Shown piece by piece: positions 35,684 through 44,270 of a stretch of DNA of 64,000 nt. Position 1 is the first letter of the stretch. Each line of letters opens with the position of its first letter. Source of the stretch: Oscillospiraceae bacterium (GTDB taxonomy: Bacteria > Bacillota > Clostridia > Oscillospirales > Acutalibacteraceae). The stretch covers positions 8,746 to 72,745 of the forward strand of contig CADAMO010000001.1 of NCBI GenBank assembly GCA_902788995.1, read 5' to 3'. Position numbers and translations under genes: made by a program. A model generated the notes under the pieces. That model searched no databases, was not told the origin of the DNA, and saw only the letters and a program-made list of their open reading frames with translations.

Positions 35684-35702
35684 CGCGGCACTTCAGTGCC
35701 GC
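35680..35702 (+). repeat. Solo REP-like unit
   Basis: GTAGCGCGGCACTTCAGTGCCGC, one mismatch to the left unit of the five doublets. Overlaps the SDR stop codon. Confidence 0.85.
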
Positions 35703-35737
35703 TTCAGTGGGAAGTCGTCAGTCGGAAGTCGGTAGTC
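35703..35737. repeat. Heptad array, left arm of cassette I2
   Basis: TTCAGTG GGAAGTC GTCAGTC GGAAGTC GGTAGTC. Confidence 0.85.
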
Positions 35738-35863
35738 TGCAAACCGATTCCCCGTTCTGATGAATAAGTCCGCTGAACGAAAGAAGTTGAGCATGAGCCA
35801 TTGAAAATCACAGTCGGAAAGATACTATTCCGTTACGGATGAGATACGGAGTTTGCCCATAGG

Positions 35864-35891
35864 GACTTCCGACTTCCGACTGATGACTGAC
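35864..35891. repeat. Heptad array, right arm of cassette I2
   Basis: GACTTCC GACTTCC GACTGAT GACTGAC. Its reverse complement matches the left arm in register (about 23/28). Confidence 0.85.
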
Positions 35892-35914
35892 AACTATACA
35901 AGAGGGGGAGACAA

Positions 35915-36718
35915 ATGACAGAAAACGGCGATTTCAAAACCGGCGGGTTTATGTACGCCGTCGCCATCGGGATCATTCTGGTCGTGGTGGCGGAATCCGT
36001 GTTCTTCATGGTCAAATCGTGGAGGCACGGCAAAAAGCTGGGGATTTCCAAGGAGACGATGAAAAATACCATCTTCTCCAGCGCCCTGTTCAGCGTGGCG
36101 CCGGCCATCTCCATTCTCACGACAGTGATCGTGCTGGCGGGGGCGCTGGGCATCGTGTTGCCGTGGATCCGCCTCAGCGTCATCGGCAATCTTGCTTATG
36201 AGACCACCGCCACGAAGCTGACGCTGGAATCGCTGGATTCCCGCCTGTCGCTTTCCACGGATATCACCGACCCGAAAACCTTCGGCGCGGTGGCGTGGGT
36301 CATGACCATCGGCACCAGCTTCGCGCTGGTCCTGTTGCCGCTGGTGTGCAAGACCATTCAGAAAAAAGTGGGCGGCGCGCTGCAGAAAAACGAAAAGACC
36401 TCCCGGCTGGGGGATATCATTTCCGCCGCCGCGTTTATCGGCATTATCGCGGCCTTCGTGGCCAACGCCATCAACGGCCGTCAGACGAAAGAGGCGCTCA
36501 CCATCGGCGACGCGGGCTTTATGTCCATCTGCACGCTGGTGACGGCCATCGTGCTGAGCACGGTGCTGGAAACGCTCTGTGAAAAGAAAAATCTCAAAAA
36601 GCTGGAGCCCTTCGCCATGCCCATCAGCATGTTCGGCGCCATGGGCGTGGCCGTCGTGCTGAATCTGGTGCTGCCGGAGGCGGTCTCCACGCTGACCTGG
36701 TGGGGGAACGTGGCATGA
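35915..36718 (+). CDS. Polytopic membrane protein (possibly DUF5058 family)
   Basis: Multiple TM segments. The family name is recalled from N-terminal similarity only. Confidence 0.7.
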   Translation: MTENGDFKTGGFMYAVAIGIILVVVAESVFFMVKSWRHGKKLGISKETMKNTIFSSALFSVAPAISILTTVIVLAGALGIVLPWIRLSVIGNLAYETTATKLTLESLDSRLSLSTDITDPKTFGAVAWVMTIGTSFALVLLPLVCKTIQKKVGGALQKNEKTSRLGDIISAAAFIGIIAAFVANAINGRQTKEALTIGDAGFMSICTLVTAIVLSTVLETLCEKKNLKKLEPFAMPISMFGAMGVAVVLNLVLPEAVSTLTWWGNVA

Positions 36719-37386
36719 AAAAGACAAAACGGGAAAAAACCTATTTTGACAGCGTCCATCTCTGGGGCAGGCTTTGGAGCATCGGCGCGCTGATCGCGCT
36801 GCTGATGGTGCCTACCGCCATCTGCGCCCACTTCAACGCCTGGCCGAAGCTAACGGAGATCATGGTTCCCATCGGCAAGGTGATGCTGCTGAACTGGACC
36901 GTCGCCGTGGTGGAGGTTATCGCCTATACGCCCATGCTGGGCGCGGGCGGCACCTACCTGAGCTTTGTGACGGGCAACATCGTCAACCTGAAGCTTCCCT
37001 GCGGCCTCAACGCCATGGCCAAGGCCAACGTGAAGGCCAATACGGAGGAGGGCGAGGTTATTTCCACCCTTGCCATCGGCGCTTCCGCCATCACCACCAC
37101 GCTGGTCATCGCCGCGGGCGTCCTCCTGCTGGGCCCTGCCGTCAGCGTTCTGAAAAACAACCCGGTGGCGGCCCCCGCCTTCGGCTACGTGCTGCCGGCG
37201 CTGTTCGGCGCGCTGGGCGCGGGCTATTTCCGCAAGAATATCGCGGTCTCCCTTGTGACCATCGCGGCGGGCGTCATCACCCTGCTGTTCTCCCCCTCGC
37301 TTGGCGTGGGCACGCTGATTTTCGTCACCATTGTGGTGTCCATCGGCAGCGCGCTGGGCATGTTCAAGCTGGGCTGGATCAAATGA
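36715..37386 (+). CDS. Polytopic membrane protein, coupled to the preceding gene
   Basis: ATG 36715 overlaps the upstream stop (ATGA). Hydrophobic, Gly/Ala-rich helices. Confidence 0.7.
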   Translation: MKKTKREKTYFDSVHLWGRLWSIGALIALLMVPTAICAHFNAWPKLTEIMVPIGKVMLLNWTVAVVEVIAYTPMLGAGGTYLSFVTGNIVNLKLPCGLNAMAKANVKANTEEGEVISTLAIGASAITTTLVIAAGVLLLGPAVSVLKNNPVAAPAFGYVLPALFGALGAGYFRKNIAVSLVTIAAGVITLLFSPSLGVGTLIFVTIVVSIGSALGMFKLGWIK

Positions 37387-37389
37387 CAG

Positions 37390-37424
37390 GCAATAGGCAG
37401 TAGGCAATAGGCAATAGGCAATAG
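37390..37424. repeat. Solo heptad array I3
   Basis: GCAATAG GCAGTAG GCAATAG GCAATAG GCAATAG, starting 4 nt after the stop at 37384-86. No complementary arm seen nearby. Confidence 0.9.
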
Positions 37425-37472
37425 GGATGTGCCGTCTTGCTGTTGCCGGCGTTTCAATAGCTACGCGTTGCG

Positions 37473-37530
37473 GTCGGGGAGAATCCGGAAGCGCCGCCCG
37501 TTTTCGAGTGAGCAAACAACGAGCGTTGCG
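37473..37530. repeat. Repeat R2, copy 1
   Basis: GTCGGGGAGAATCCGGAAGCGCCGCC..GTTTTCGAGTGAGCAAACAACGAGCGTTGCG resembles 57011-57088. Confidence 0.5.
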
Positions 37531-37577
37531 CCATTTACCTGCGGCGCGTGACAGATAATCATTGAGGTGATTCGCAA

Positions 37578-39008
37578 ATGAAAAAAAGAATGACCGTCCG
37601 GCTGTTATGCATGGCGCTTTGCGCCGCGCTGCTGCTGCCCTGCGCCGTGCTCGTTGCCTCCGCGGAGGCGGTCACGGTGGTGGATGCCGATCAGCGGGCG
37701 GAGCTGCTTGACAAATTCAACGCCGCTGCCAACGGTATCAAGACCCAGCGGCCCCGCATGAAAATGGAAAGCCACGTGGCCATGAAGGAGGCCACCAGCG
37801 GCGCCAAGGGCGACGGTGAAAACCTCGACGCCAACGGAAAAAAATATCTGGCCTGGCTGCTGGACGCCTGTTTTGCCTCCGATGCCGGCATTGCGCAGAC
37901 CCTGTTCAACACCATTCAGGACGTGCCGCGTATGCCGAAGAATATCACCTTCGTCTACGGCGAAAAGCGCGACAACCGCGTGCCGAAACTGGGAGAGCGG
38001 TACGTCTCCGCCCTGACCGCGAAGGACGATTTCCTGCTGCGGACGGAAAGCTACGGCGGCACGCTGCTGAATCCGGAAGCGGAAAACACGGTGCTGCAGT
38101 TGGATTTCCCTGCGGTATCGCTGGAAGACGGCCCCGACAGCTCGCTGGCAAAGCTTTTTGACCTGCCTTCCCCGGCCATGAACCCGGTGGTGGTCAGCGG
38201 CGACCCCAACGCGTCGGACGCGGACGGCAAGCTGTCCGAGATCTCGTTTCAGGATTTCACCTATGAAAACGCCTACGCCCAGGCGGTGTTCGACAGCGCC
38301 GGAAATCTGATTTCGCTGACGGAAAGCATTGACTATACGTTTTCGCTCTCGTTTTATGATCTGATCCGCATCGTTTCCGCCTATACGGGCGTCAACTGGA
38401 TGAAGCTTGCCATCACCGGTATTGCCAACCCCATTCTCGGCGGCATGGGCAAGGACCCCATCGCGCAGAAAGAAGCGCTCAACCTGTATACCATCTACGT
38501 GACCTACAACTCCTACGTGACCATGACGGAGCTGAACTGGAACAAACGCTATTTCGGCGACGTCAACAGCGATCAGCAGGTGGATCCCTACGACGCAAGA
38601 GCGATCCTGCGGCACGCGGTGGAGCTGGAGCTGATCACCAATCAGCTGTCGCTGGTGTACGCGGATATGGATTTCGACGGCAGCATCACCCCGGCGGACG
38701 CGCGTCTGGCGCTGCGGACGGCGGTAGGGCTGGAGCCGCTGATGCAGGCCCCGCCGGACGGAAAGCCCATCGGGTATATCATCCCCGATGCCGTCGATGA
38801 GCCGGTGGCCCCCGACGACCCGCTGGAGCCCGTTCAGATCGACGTGCCGGATCCCTCGGAGGAGGAGCAGAAGACGGACGTGGTGTCCGGGCTGGCCGAT
38901 TTCACCAACGGCATCATGGACGTTATCAACGCGCTGAAGGGCAATGAGGAGCTCGATATTGAAGGCCTCCGGGGCCTGATCGACGAGCTGCGCAAGCCCC
39001 GCGGTTAA
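37578..39008 (+). CDS. Secreted dockerin-domain protein of unknown function
   Basis: Signal peptide ..VLVASAEA. Two EF-hand-like dockerin segments, GDVNSDQQVDPYDARAILRHAV and ADMDFDGSITPADARLALRTAV. Pro/Asp-rich linker and a C-terminal helix. Confidence 0.8.
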   Translation: MKKRMTVRLLCMALCAALLLPCAVLVASAEAVTVVDADQRAELLDKFNAAANGIKTQRPRMKMESHVAMKEATSGAKGDGENLDANGKKYLAWLLDACFASDAGIAQTLFNTIQDVPRMPKNITFVYGEKRDNRVPKLGERYVSALTAKDDFLLRTESYGGTLLNPEAENTVLQLDFPAVSLEDGPDSSLAKLFDLPSPAMNPVVVSGDPNASDADGKLSEISFQDFTYENAYAQAVFDSAGNLISLTESIDYTFSLSFYDLIRIVSAYTGVNWMKLAITGIANPILGGMGKDPIAQKEALNLYTIYVTYNSYVTMTELNWNKRYFGDVNSDQQVDPYDARAILRHAVELELITNQLSLVYADMDFDGSITPADARLALRTAVGLEPLMQAPPDGKPIGYIIPDAVDEPVAPDDPLEPVQIDVPDPSEEEQKTDVVSGLADFTNGIMDVINALKGNEELDIEGLRGLIDELRKPRG

Positions 39009-39061
39009 TCAGTCAATTATTTTTTGAAATTATAAATCTATTCAAGAAGGGAAATGTAACC

Positions 39062-39538
39062 ATGGCAGACGAATATGTATTACCTTTAAATGTCATCGAG
39101 CAGCTGAAGGAGGAGCTCCACGAGCTGCGCACCACCGGCAGAAACGATATTGCCGAAAAAATCAAGGAAGCCAAGTCCTTCGGCGACCTGTCCGAGAACA
39201 GCGAATACGACGAGGCGAAGTCCGACCAGGCCAAGCTGGAAGCGCGTATCCTTGAGATTGAATATACGCTGAACCACGCCACCGTGCTGGATGAAAGCGC
39301 CCTTTCCACCGAAAAGGTCTACACCGGCCTTTCCGTGCGCATCTATGACAAGACCTATGATGAAGAGGTTGTCTATCAGCTGGTGGGCGCGCCCCAGGCG
39401 GATCCCATGAACAACAAGGTCTCTGACGAATCCCCCGTGGGCAAAGAGCTGCTGGGCCACAAGGTGGGCGACGTGATCACGGTGGAAACCCCCATGGGCA
39501 ACGACGTGATTGAAATTCTGGAAATTTTCAAGGCGTAA
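39062..39538 (+). CDS. greA: Transcription elongation factor GreA
   Basis: LKEELHELRTTGRNDIAEKIKEAKSFGDLSENSEYDEAKSDQAKLEARI, full-length GreA. Confidence 0.93.
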   Translation: MADEYVLPLNVIEQLKEELHELRTTGRNDIAEKIKEAKSFGDLSENSEYDEAKSDQAKLEARILEIEYTLNHATVLDESALSTEKVYTGLSVRIYDKTYDEEVVYQLVGAPQADPMNNKVSDESPVGKELLGHKVGDVITVETPMGNDVIEILEIFKA

Positions 39539-39555
39539 CTTGCGGGAGGTCGTCT

Positions 39556-41571
39556 ATGCATTGGTCTGAAGAAATCGCTGAGCGGATCATCAAACGGAAT
39601 CCGGATAAGCCGGAATACGTCTGCGCCGCCGGCATCAGCCCCTCCGGCTCCATCCACATCGGCAACTTCCGCGATATCGCCACCAGCTATTTCGTGGTGA
39701 AGGCCCTCCGCAAAAAGGGCAAAAAGGCGCGGCTGCTGTTCAGCTGGGATGAGTTCGACCGGGTGAGAAAGATCCCCGTCAACGTGGCCAAGGCGGACGG
39801 GGACATGGAGCAGTTCATCGGCTATCCTTACGTTGACGTGAAGAATCCCTTCGGCACGGAGGAAGCCACCTACGCCGCCTATTTTGAGAACGAGTTTATG
39901 CGCTCCATCAAAAAGTTCGGCATCGACATGGATTACCGCTATCAGGCGCAGATGTACCGCAGCGGCAAATATACCGACTATATTCTGGAGGCCCTGCAAA
40001 AGCGCGGCGAGATCTTCGATATCCTCGATTCACACCGCACGCAGGACGCCAAGGAGGGCGAGCGGGAGGCCTATTATCCCGTTTCCATCTATTGCCCCGA
40101 ATGCCACAAGGATACCACGAAGATCCTGTCCCTGTCGGACGATTGCCACGTGGCGGAATATGAGTGCGCCTGCGGCCATCACGGGACGTTTGATTTTACG
40201 AAGGACTTCAACTGCAAGCTGGCCTGGAAGATCGACTGGCCCATGCGCTGGAAGTTCGAAGGCGTGGATTTTGAGCCCGGCGGCAAGGATCACGCCAGCC
40301 CCCACGGCAGCTATGATACCAGTAAAGATATCTCCCGCAGGATCTTCGGGTTTGAGCCGCCCATCTTCCAGGGCTATGAATTCATCGGCATCAAGGGCAC
40401 CACGGGCAAAATGTCCGGCTCCTCCGGATTGAACCTGACCCCCGAAACGCTGCTGAAGATCTACGAGCCGGAGGTCATCCTGTGGCTCTATTCCAAGACG
40501 GAGCCCCTGAAGGCCTTTGATTTCTGCTTTGATGACGGCATCCTGCGCCAGTATTTCGAGTTCGACAAGATGTACGACGCGGTGAAGTCCGGCACGGCCA
40601 GCGAGGCCCATCAGGCCATCATGTATAACACCACGGTGGAGGGCCACGAGGTCTGCACCGTGCCCATGAGCCTGATCGTGCAGCTGGGCTCCATCGTCAA
40701 CTTCAACGTGCCCATGCTGGAGACCGTCTTCTCCAAGATCGGCACGCCCTATACCTACGACCAGTTCGCCGGTCGTCTGGAACGCGCCAAGTTCTGGCTG
40801 GAGACCTGCTCTCCCGAGAGCGTCAACAAGCTGCGTCCCTTCCGTAACTGGGACGTTTATGAGGCGCTGGACGAGGAGACGAAAAAGGAAGTGGCCCTGC
40901 TGCACGCCTATATCGTCAAAGGCGGCTACACGCTGGATGAGCTGAACACCCAGCTCTACGATATCCCCAAGCAGGTGTTCGGGTACGATCTGGAAGAAAA
41001 GGCGCTGAAGGCCCGTCAGAGCGCGTTCTTCAAGGCGGTCTATCAGCTGCTGATCGACCGGGAGAAGGGCCCCCGCCTCTACCTGTTCCTCTACGCCATC
41101 GAGCCGGAGAAGTACGCCTTCCTGCTGGATTTCTCCACCCCGAAGACGGAAGCAGAGGCCTTCGTGCCGGAAGAGACCCCGGCGGAGCCGGAGAAGCCGC
41201 AGAAGGTCTACGGCGATCCCGATCCGGTGCAGCCCGTGCTGGAACAGCGCATTTCCATCGACGACTTCAAGAAGACCGACCTGCGCGTTTGCAAGATCGT
41301 CAAGGCCCAGGAGATCCGCAAGTCCGCCAACTGCCTGAAGCTGACCCTCAGCGACGGTATCGGCGAGCGCGTCATCGTCTCCAGCATCAAGCACGACTAT
41401 GAGTGCGAAGAGTTGGTGGGCAAAAAGATCATCGTGGTCGCCAATCTGGAGCCCGCCCGCATCACCGGCGTGGAGAGCAACGGCATGCTGCTGGCCGCTA
41501 CCAACAACGCCTGCGGCTGTCAGGTGATCTTCGTGGACGATATCGTGCCCGAGGGTACCAGAATCATGTAA
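39556..41571 (+). CDS. lysS: Class I lysine--tRNA ligase with C-terminal tRNA-binding (EMAP/Trbp111-like) domain
   Basis: Class I HIGN motif (SPSGSIHIGNFRD), KMSGS motif (GKMSGSSG), zinc-type CPECH..CACGHH insertion. C-terminal ..VCKIVKAQEIRKSANCLKLTLSDG..IVVANLEPARITGVESNGMLLAA OB-fold. Confidence 0.85.
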   Translation: MHWSEEIAERIIKRNPDKPEYVCAAGISPSGSIHIGNFRDIATSYFVVKALRKKGKKARLLFSWDEFDRVRKIPVNVAKADGDMEQFIGYPYVDVKNPFGTEEATYAAYFENEFMRSIKKFGIDMDYRYQAQMYRSGKYTDYILEALQKRGEIFDILDSHRTQDAKEGEREAYYPVSIYCPECHKDTTKILSLSDDCHVAEYECACGHHGTFDFTKDFNCKLAWKIDWPMRWKFEGVDFEPGGKDHASPHGSYDTSKDISRRIFGFEPPIFQGYEFIGIKGTTGKMSGSSGLNLTPETLLKIYEPEVILWLYSKTEPLKAFDFCFDDGILRQYFEFDKMYDAVKSGTASEAHQAIMYNTTVEGHEVCTVPMSLIVQLGSIVNFNVPMLETVFSKIGTPYTYDQFAGRLERAKFWLETCSPESVNKLRPFRNWDVYEALDEETKKEVALLHAYIVKGGYTLDELNTQLYDIPKQVFGYDLEEKALKARQSAFFKAVYQLLIDREKGPRLYLFLYAIEPEKYAFLLDFSTPKTEAEAFVPEETPAEPEKPQKVYGDPDPVQPVLEQRISIDDFKKTDLRVCKIVKAQEIRKSANCLKLTLSDGIGERVIVSSIKHDYECEELVGKKIIVVANLEPARITGVESNGMLLAATNNACGCQVIFVDDIVPEGTRIM

Positions 41572-41579
41572 TAAAAAAC

Positions 41580-41615
41580 GCGGTTCGTCTGTGGGCGGAC
41601 CGCATTTTACTTTAT
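41580..41615 (+). terminator. Intrinsic terminator after the LysRS gene
   Basis: GCGGTTCG/CGGACCGC stem (one G-U pair) then ATTTTACTTTATT. Confidence 0.55.
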
Positions 41616-41628
41616 TATTCAGAAAGGA

Positions 41629-42054
41629 ATGAATGTTATGCAGGCAATCTGGGCAAAAATCATGTCGATCATTATGGCGATCCTGGCGTTTTTCGGGCTG
41701 GTGAAGCCCGCGCCGGAGGCGACGCCCGGCAACGGCTGCAAGGCGGAGGGGAGCGTCGTTTCCGTCTGGCTGGACGCCAACCCCACCACCGGTTACGGCT
41801 GGACCGCATCGGTCGCGGGCGACTGCGTCACCCTGACCCGGGACGAATACGTGGCCATGCAGACGGAACCGAACGTGGCCGGCGCAGGCGGCACGCAATA
41901 TTATGATTTTACCGCCGTCAAGCCCGGTACGGCGACCGTCACCTTCACCTACGCCCGTCCGTGGGAAGCCACCGACGCGGACCGAGTGTTTGTGGCGGAG
42001 ATCACCGTGGCGGAGGACCTGACCGTCATTGTGACGTCCTTCGGGGAGCGGTAA
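41629..42054 (+). CDS. Chagasin-family (I42) cysteine peptidase inhibitor, membrane-anchored
   Basis: N-terminal TM/signal anchor and the NPTTGYGW motif typical of chagasin/ICP. Start may be ATG 41638. Confidence 0.75.
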   Translation: MNVMQAIWAKIMSIIMAILAFFGLVKPAPEATPGNGCKAEGSVVSVWLDANPTTGYGWTASVAGDCVTLTRDEYVAMQTEPNVAGAGGTQYYDFTAVKPGTATVTFTYARPWEATDADRVFVAEITVAEDLTVIVTSFGER

Positions 42055-42106
42055 GCTACCGGTTTTATTGCACAAACCAGACGGCTGAATTGATAGAAAA
42101 GAACAA

Positions 42107-42148
42107 GGATCCCTGAACCGTTTCGTTCAGGGATCCCGTTTCGTTTTT
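42107..42148 (+). terminator. Intrinsic terminator
   Basis: 12-bp stem GGATCCCTGAAC/GTTCAGGGATCC with a 6-nt loop, followed by CGTTTCGTTTTT. Confidence 0.75.
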
Positions 42149-42172
42149 AGCGGAACCTGTTTGGTATTGGCC

Positions 42173-42323
42173 GGTAGCGCGGCACCTCAGTGCCGCTGTT
42201 TACTGAAGTATCATTCAGGAAACCGGAAGAATGAGGAAAAAACCGTATTTTCCGGGAGGCGTATATTGTTCAGGAGATAAAACAGTTGTTGACGTCAAGC
42301 GCGGCACTGAGGCGCCGCGATAC
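42173..42323 (+). repeat. REPIN-like doublet M1
   Basis: Left unit GGTAGCGCGGCACCTCAGTGCCGC. Right unit GCGGCACTGAGGCGCCGCGATAC (2 mismatches). AAACAGTTGTT lies 10 nt before the right unit. Confidence 0.85.
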
Positions 42324-42357
42324 GGAAAATCAACCGAAAAATCCTTCTGCCCCGCTG

Positions 42358-44142
42358 TCAACCGTTCCCGCCGTAGACCCAGTTGAGCCTTCCGTAGGGG
42401 GCGCTGTCGCCGCGGGTGTAGAAGGACAGAAGATTGCCGTCCTCATAGTTGTCCGCCCACTTGAAGGTGAAGGCGGCTTTTTTGTTGCCCGCCAAGCCCA
42501 GCGTGGCTTTCGGCACCCGCAGCATCAGCTTGTTGTCTTCAAATCGGATCTCCGCGCTGCCGACGGTTTCATAACCCGCGTCCGTGACGGCCTCCACGGC
42601 GGTTTTGCCGCCCATGGGGGCGGTGCGGTTGACGCAGAAGTCGTAGCCCGCCTTTTCGCCCTTCACGTTGAGAAACAGCGTCATCCACGCCTCGTCCGTG
42701 GCCGGTGAAAGGGGAGAAGCGGTCTCCACGTAGTAATACAGATACCGGCTGTCCTCCGCCACCTTGGCCCTGACGATGTCGTTCCGGCCGGTGTCGTCGG
42801 CGTAGTACAGGTCGCCGTAGCCGCGGCTGGCCCGGTCAAAGGTGTCGTTCCGGTAATCCCGGTAAACGGCCCTGACGGAGGGGTTCTCCCACTGGGCAAA
42901 GCTGCCGTTGACGTCGATGCTGACAAGGGGGCTCTCGGGCAGCACGGCGGCGCTGCGCTTAAATTTGGCGATGTACTGCACCATCTGCATATAGTAGTTG
43001 TCGCCGAGGACCCCGGCGGCGGGTTCCACGTCGCGGGAGTATTCGTCGGTGCAGTTGTCGCAGAAGCCCACCGGCTCGCTGTCCACGAACTGATAACGCT
43101 GGGCGATCCACTCGTTGAAGCCGGTGACGAAGATGATATCCGGGGCCAGCTTCAGGGCGTATTCCCATTGCTCCGCGAAGTTATAGCCGTACTTCAGTGC
43201 GTCGGGGGCGGTATCCTTGGCCCCGTTGTGCCAGCTTCTGCCGTGGTCTTCGCCGCCGTACCAGGCGGAGGAGCTGAACCGGATGGTCGCGCAGTGCTGG
43301 GCCACGGAGACGTTCATGATGCTCTTGTCCGCGGGGGAGTTCTTGTAATAGGCGTCGAAAGTGCCCAGCCGGCCGAACTCCATCCAGGGGAAGCCGTCGG
43401 TTTCCTTGTCGCTGTTGGGCCATTGGGTGGTCTTGATGCGGAAAAAGCGGCGCGCGTCTTCCCGCAGCTCCGGGTCGTCCTGCCAGCCGATGATCATGGG
43501 CTTGCCGTTCATCCGGTACCACAGCTCGTCCAGCCGGGGATATGTCGCCTTCAGCTCCGCGTTGTTGTACAGCCCGTCGTAGATGGCGTTGATCGTTTTC
43601 CCGGAGGCGGAGTTGGTGTAAAAGGCCAGCTGCGGCACCTTCCAGCCGTCCTCCAGATAGCCGTACCACACGTCGATCAGGTCTTTTGCCCGGTCGAGAT
43701 AGGAAAAACCGTTGGTGGCGTCGAAGACGATGAAATCCACACCGGCGTCCGTCAGCATCTGACAGTGACGAGAAATGACCCATCTGTCGCTCTGCAGATA
43801 ATACCCGAACAGCGGCTCGCCCCAGTGGTGGAACGCGCCGTATCCGCCGCCTCCGGCCGCCTCCCAGCGCTCGGCGGAGAGGTAGGCCTGCGGGTCCTTT
43901 TTCGTGATCTCCGTGATATCATAAGGGCCGTCGGTTCCGTGCTCGCCCGCCCAAAGGAAATAAAAGACGCCCACCTGTTTTTCGCTTTTTCCGGCGGTGA
44001 TCACCTTTCTTCCCAGTTCATCCACGGCGGCCAGCGAGCCGTTTTCTTTGACTTCCTGTTGACGGATGGGGGCGTTGGCCCCGAAGCAGATGTTCCAGAT
44101 CATAGTGAGAATCAGTCCTATCTTGACAATCAGTTGATACAT
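42358..44142 (-). CDS. Secreted protein, putative glycoside hydrolase-like (family not assigned)
   Basis: N-terminal signal/anchor, FYFLWAGEHG..HHWGEPLFGYY..DFIVFDATNG TIM-barrel-like motifs, and a C-terminal beta-sandwich-like region. The call is tentative. Confidence 0.6.
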   Translation of the reverse strand: MYQLIVKIGLILTMIWNICFGANAPIRQQEVKENGSLAAVDELGRKVITAGKSEKQVGVFYFLWAGEHGTDGPYDITEITKKDPQAYLSAERWEAAGGGGYGAFHHWGEPLFGYYLQSDRWVISRHCQMLTDAGVDFIVFDATNGFSYLDRAKDLIDVWYGYLEDGWKVPQLAFYTNSASGKTINAIYDGLYNNAELKATYPRLDELWYRMNGKPMIIGWQDDPELREDARRFFRIKTTQWPNSDKETDGFPWMEFGRLGTFDAYYKNSPADKSIMNVSVAQHCATIRFSSSAWYGGEDHGRSWHNGAKDTAPDALKYGYNFAEQWEYALKLAPDIIFVTGFNEWIAQRYQFVDSEPVGFCDNCTDEYSRDVEPAAGVLGDNYYMQMVQYIAKFKRSAAVLPESPLVSIDVNGSFAQWENPSVRAVYRDYRNDTFDRASRGYGDLYYADDTGRNDIVRAKVAEDSRYLYYYVETASPLSPATDEAWMTLFLNVKGEKAGYDFCVNRTAPMGGKTAVEAVTDAGYETVGSAEIRFEDNKLMLRVPKATLGLAGNKKAAFTFKWADNYEDGNLLSFYTRGDSAPYGRLNWVYGGNG

Positions 44143-44270
44143 AACGTCGCCTCCGTTATTTTGATAAAAAAACAGGCGCGAGGCCGGAGATGTGGCGTGC
44201 GAGAACCGATCCGTAAAAACACGGGATATCGTTTCTCACCCCTCAGCTCTCAAACCTCACGCCTGGCGCG

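Noticed and set aside
40030-42075. Very long antisense ORFs. Examples: 40030..42075 (-), 8263..9342 (-), 23517..24983 (+), 33600..34985 (-), 47920..49314 (+), 54394..56220 (+), 57904..59436 (-), 22502..23467 (-).
   Set aside because: - They lie opposite genes with clear family signatures.
- Their translations are Arg/Gly/Pro/Ala-rich low-complexity strings typical of shadow frames in high-GC DNA.
- They lack SD sequences.
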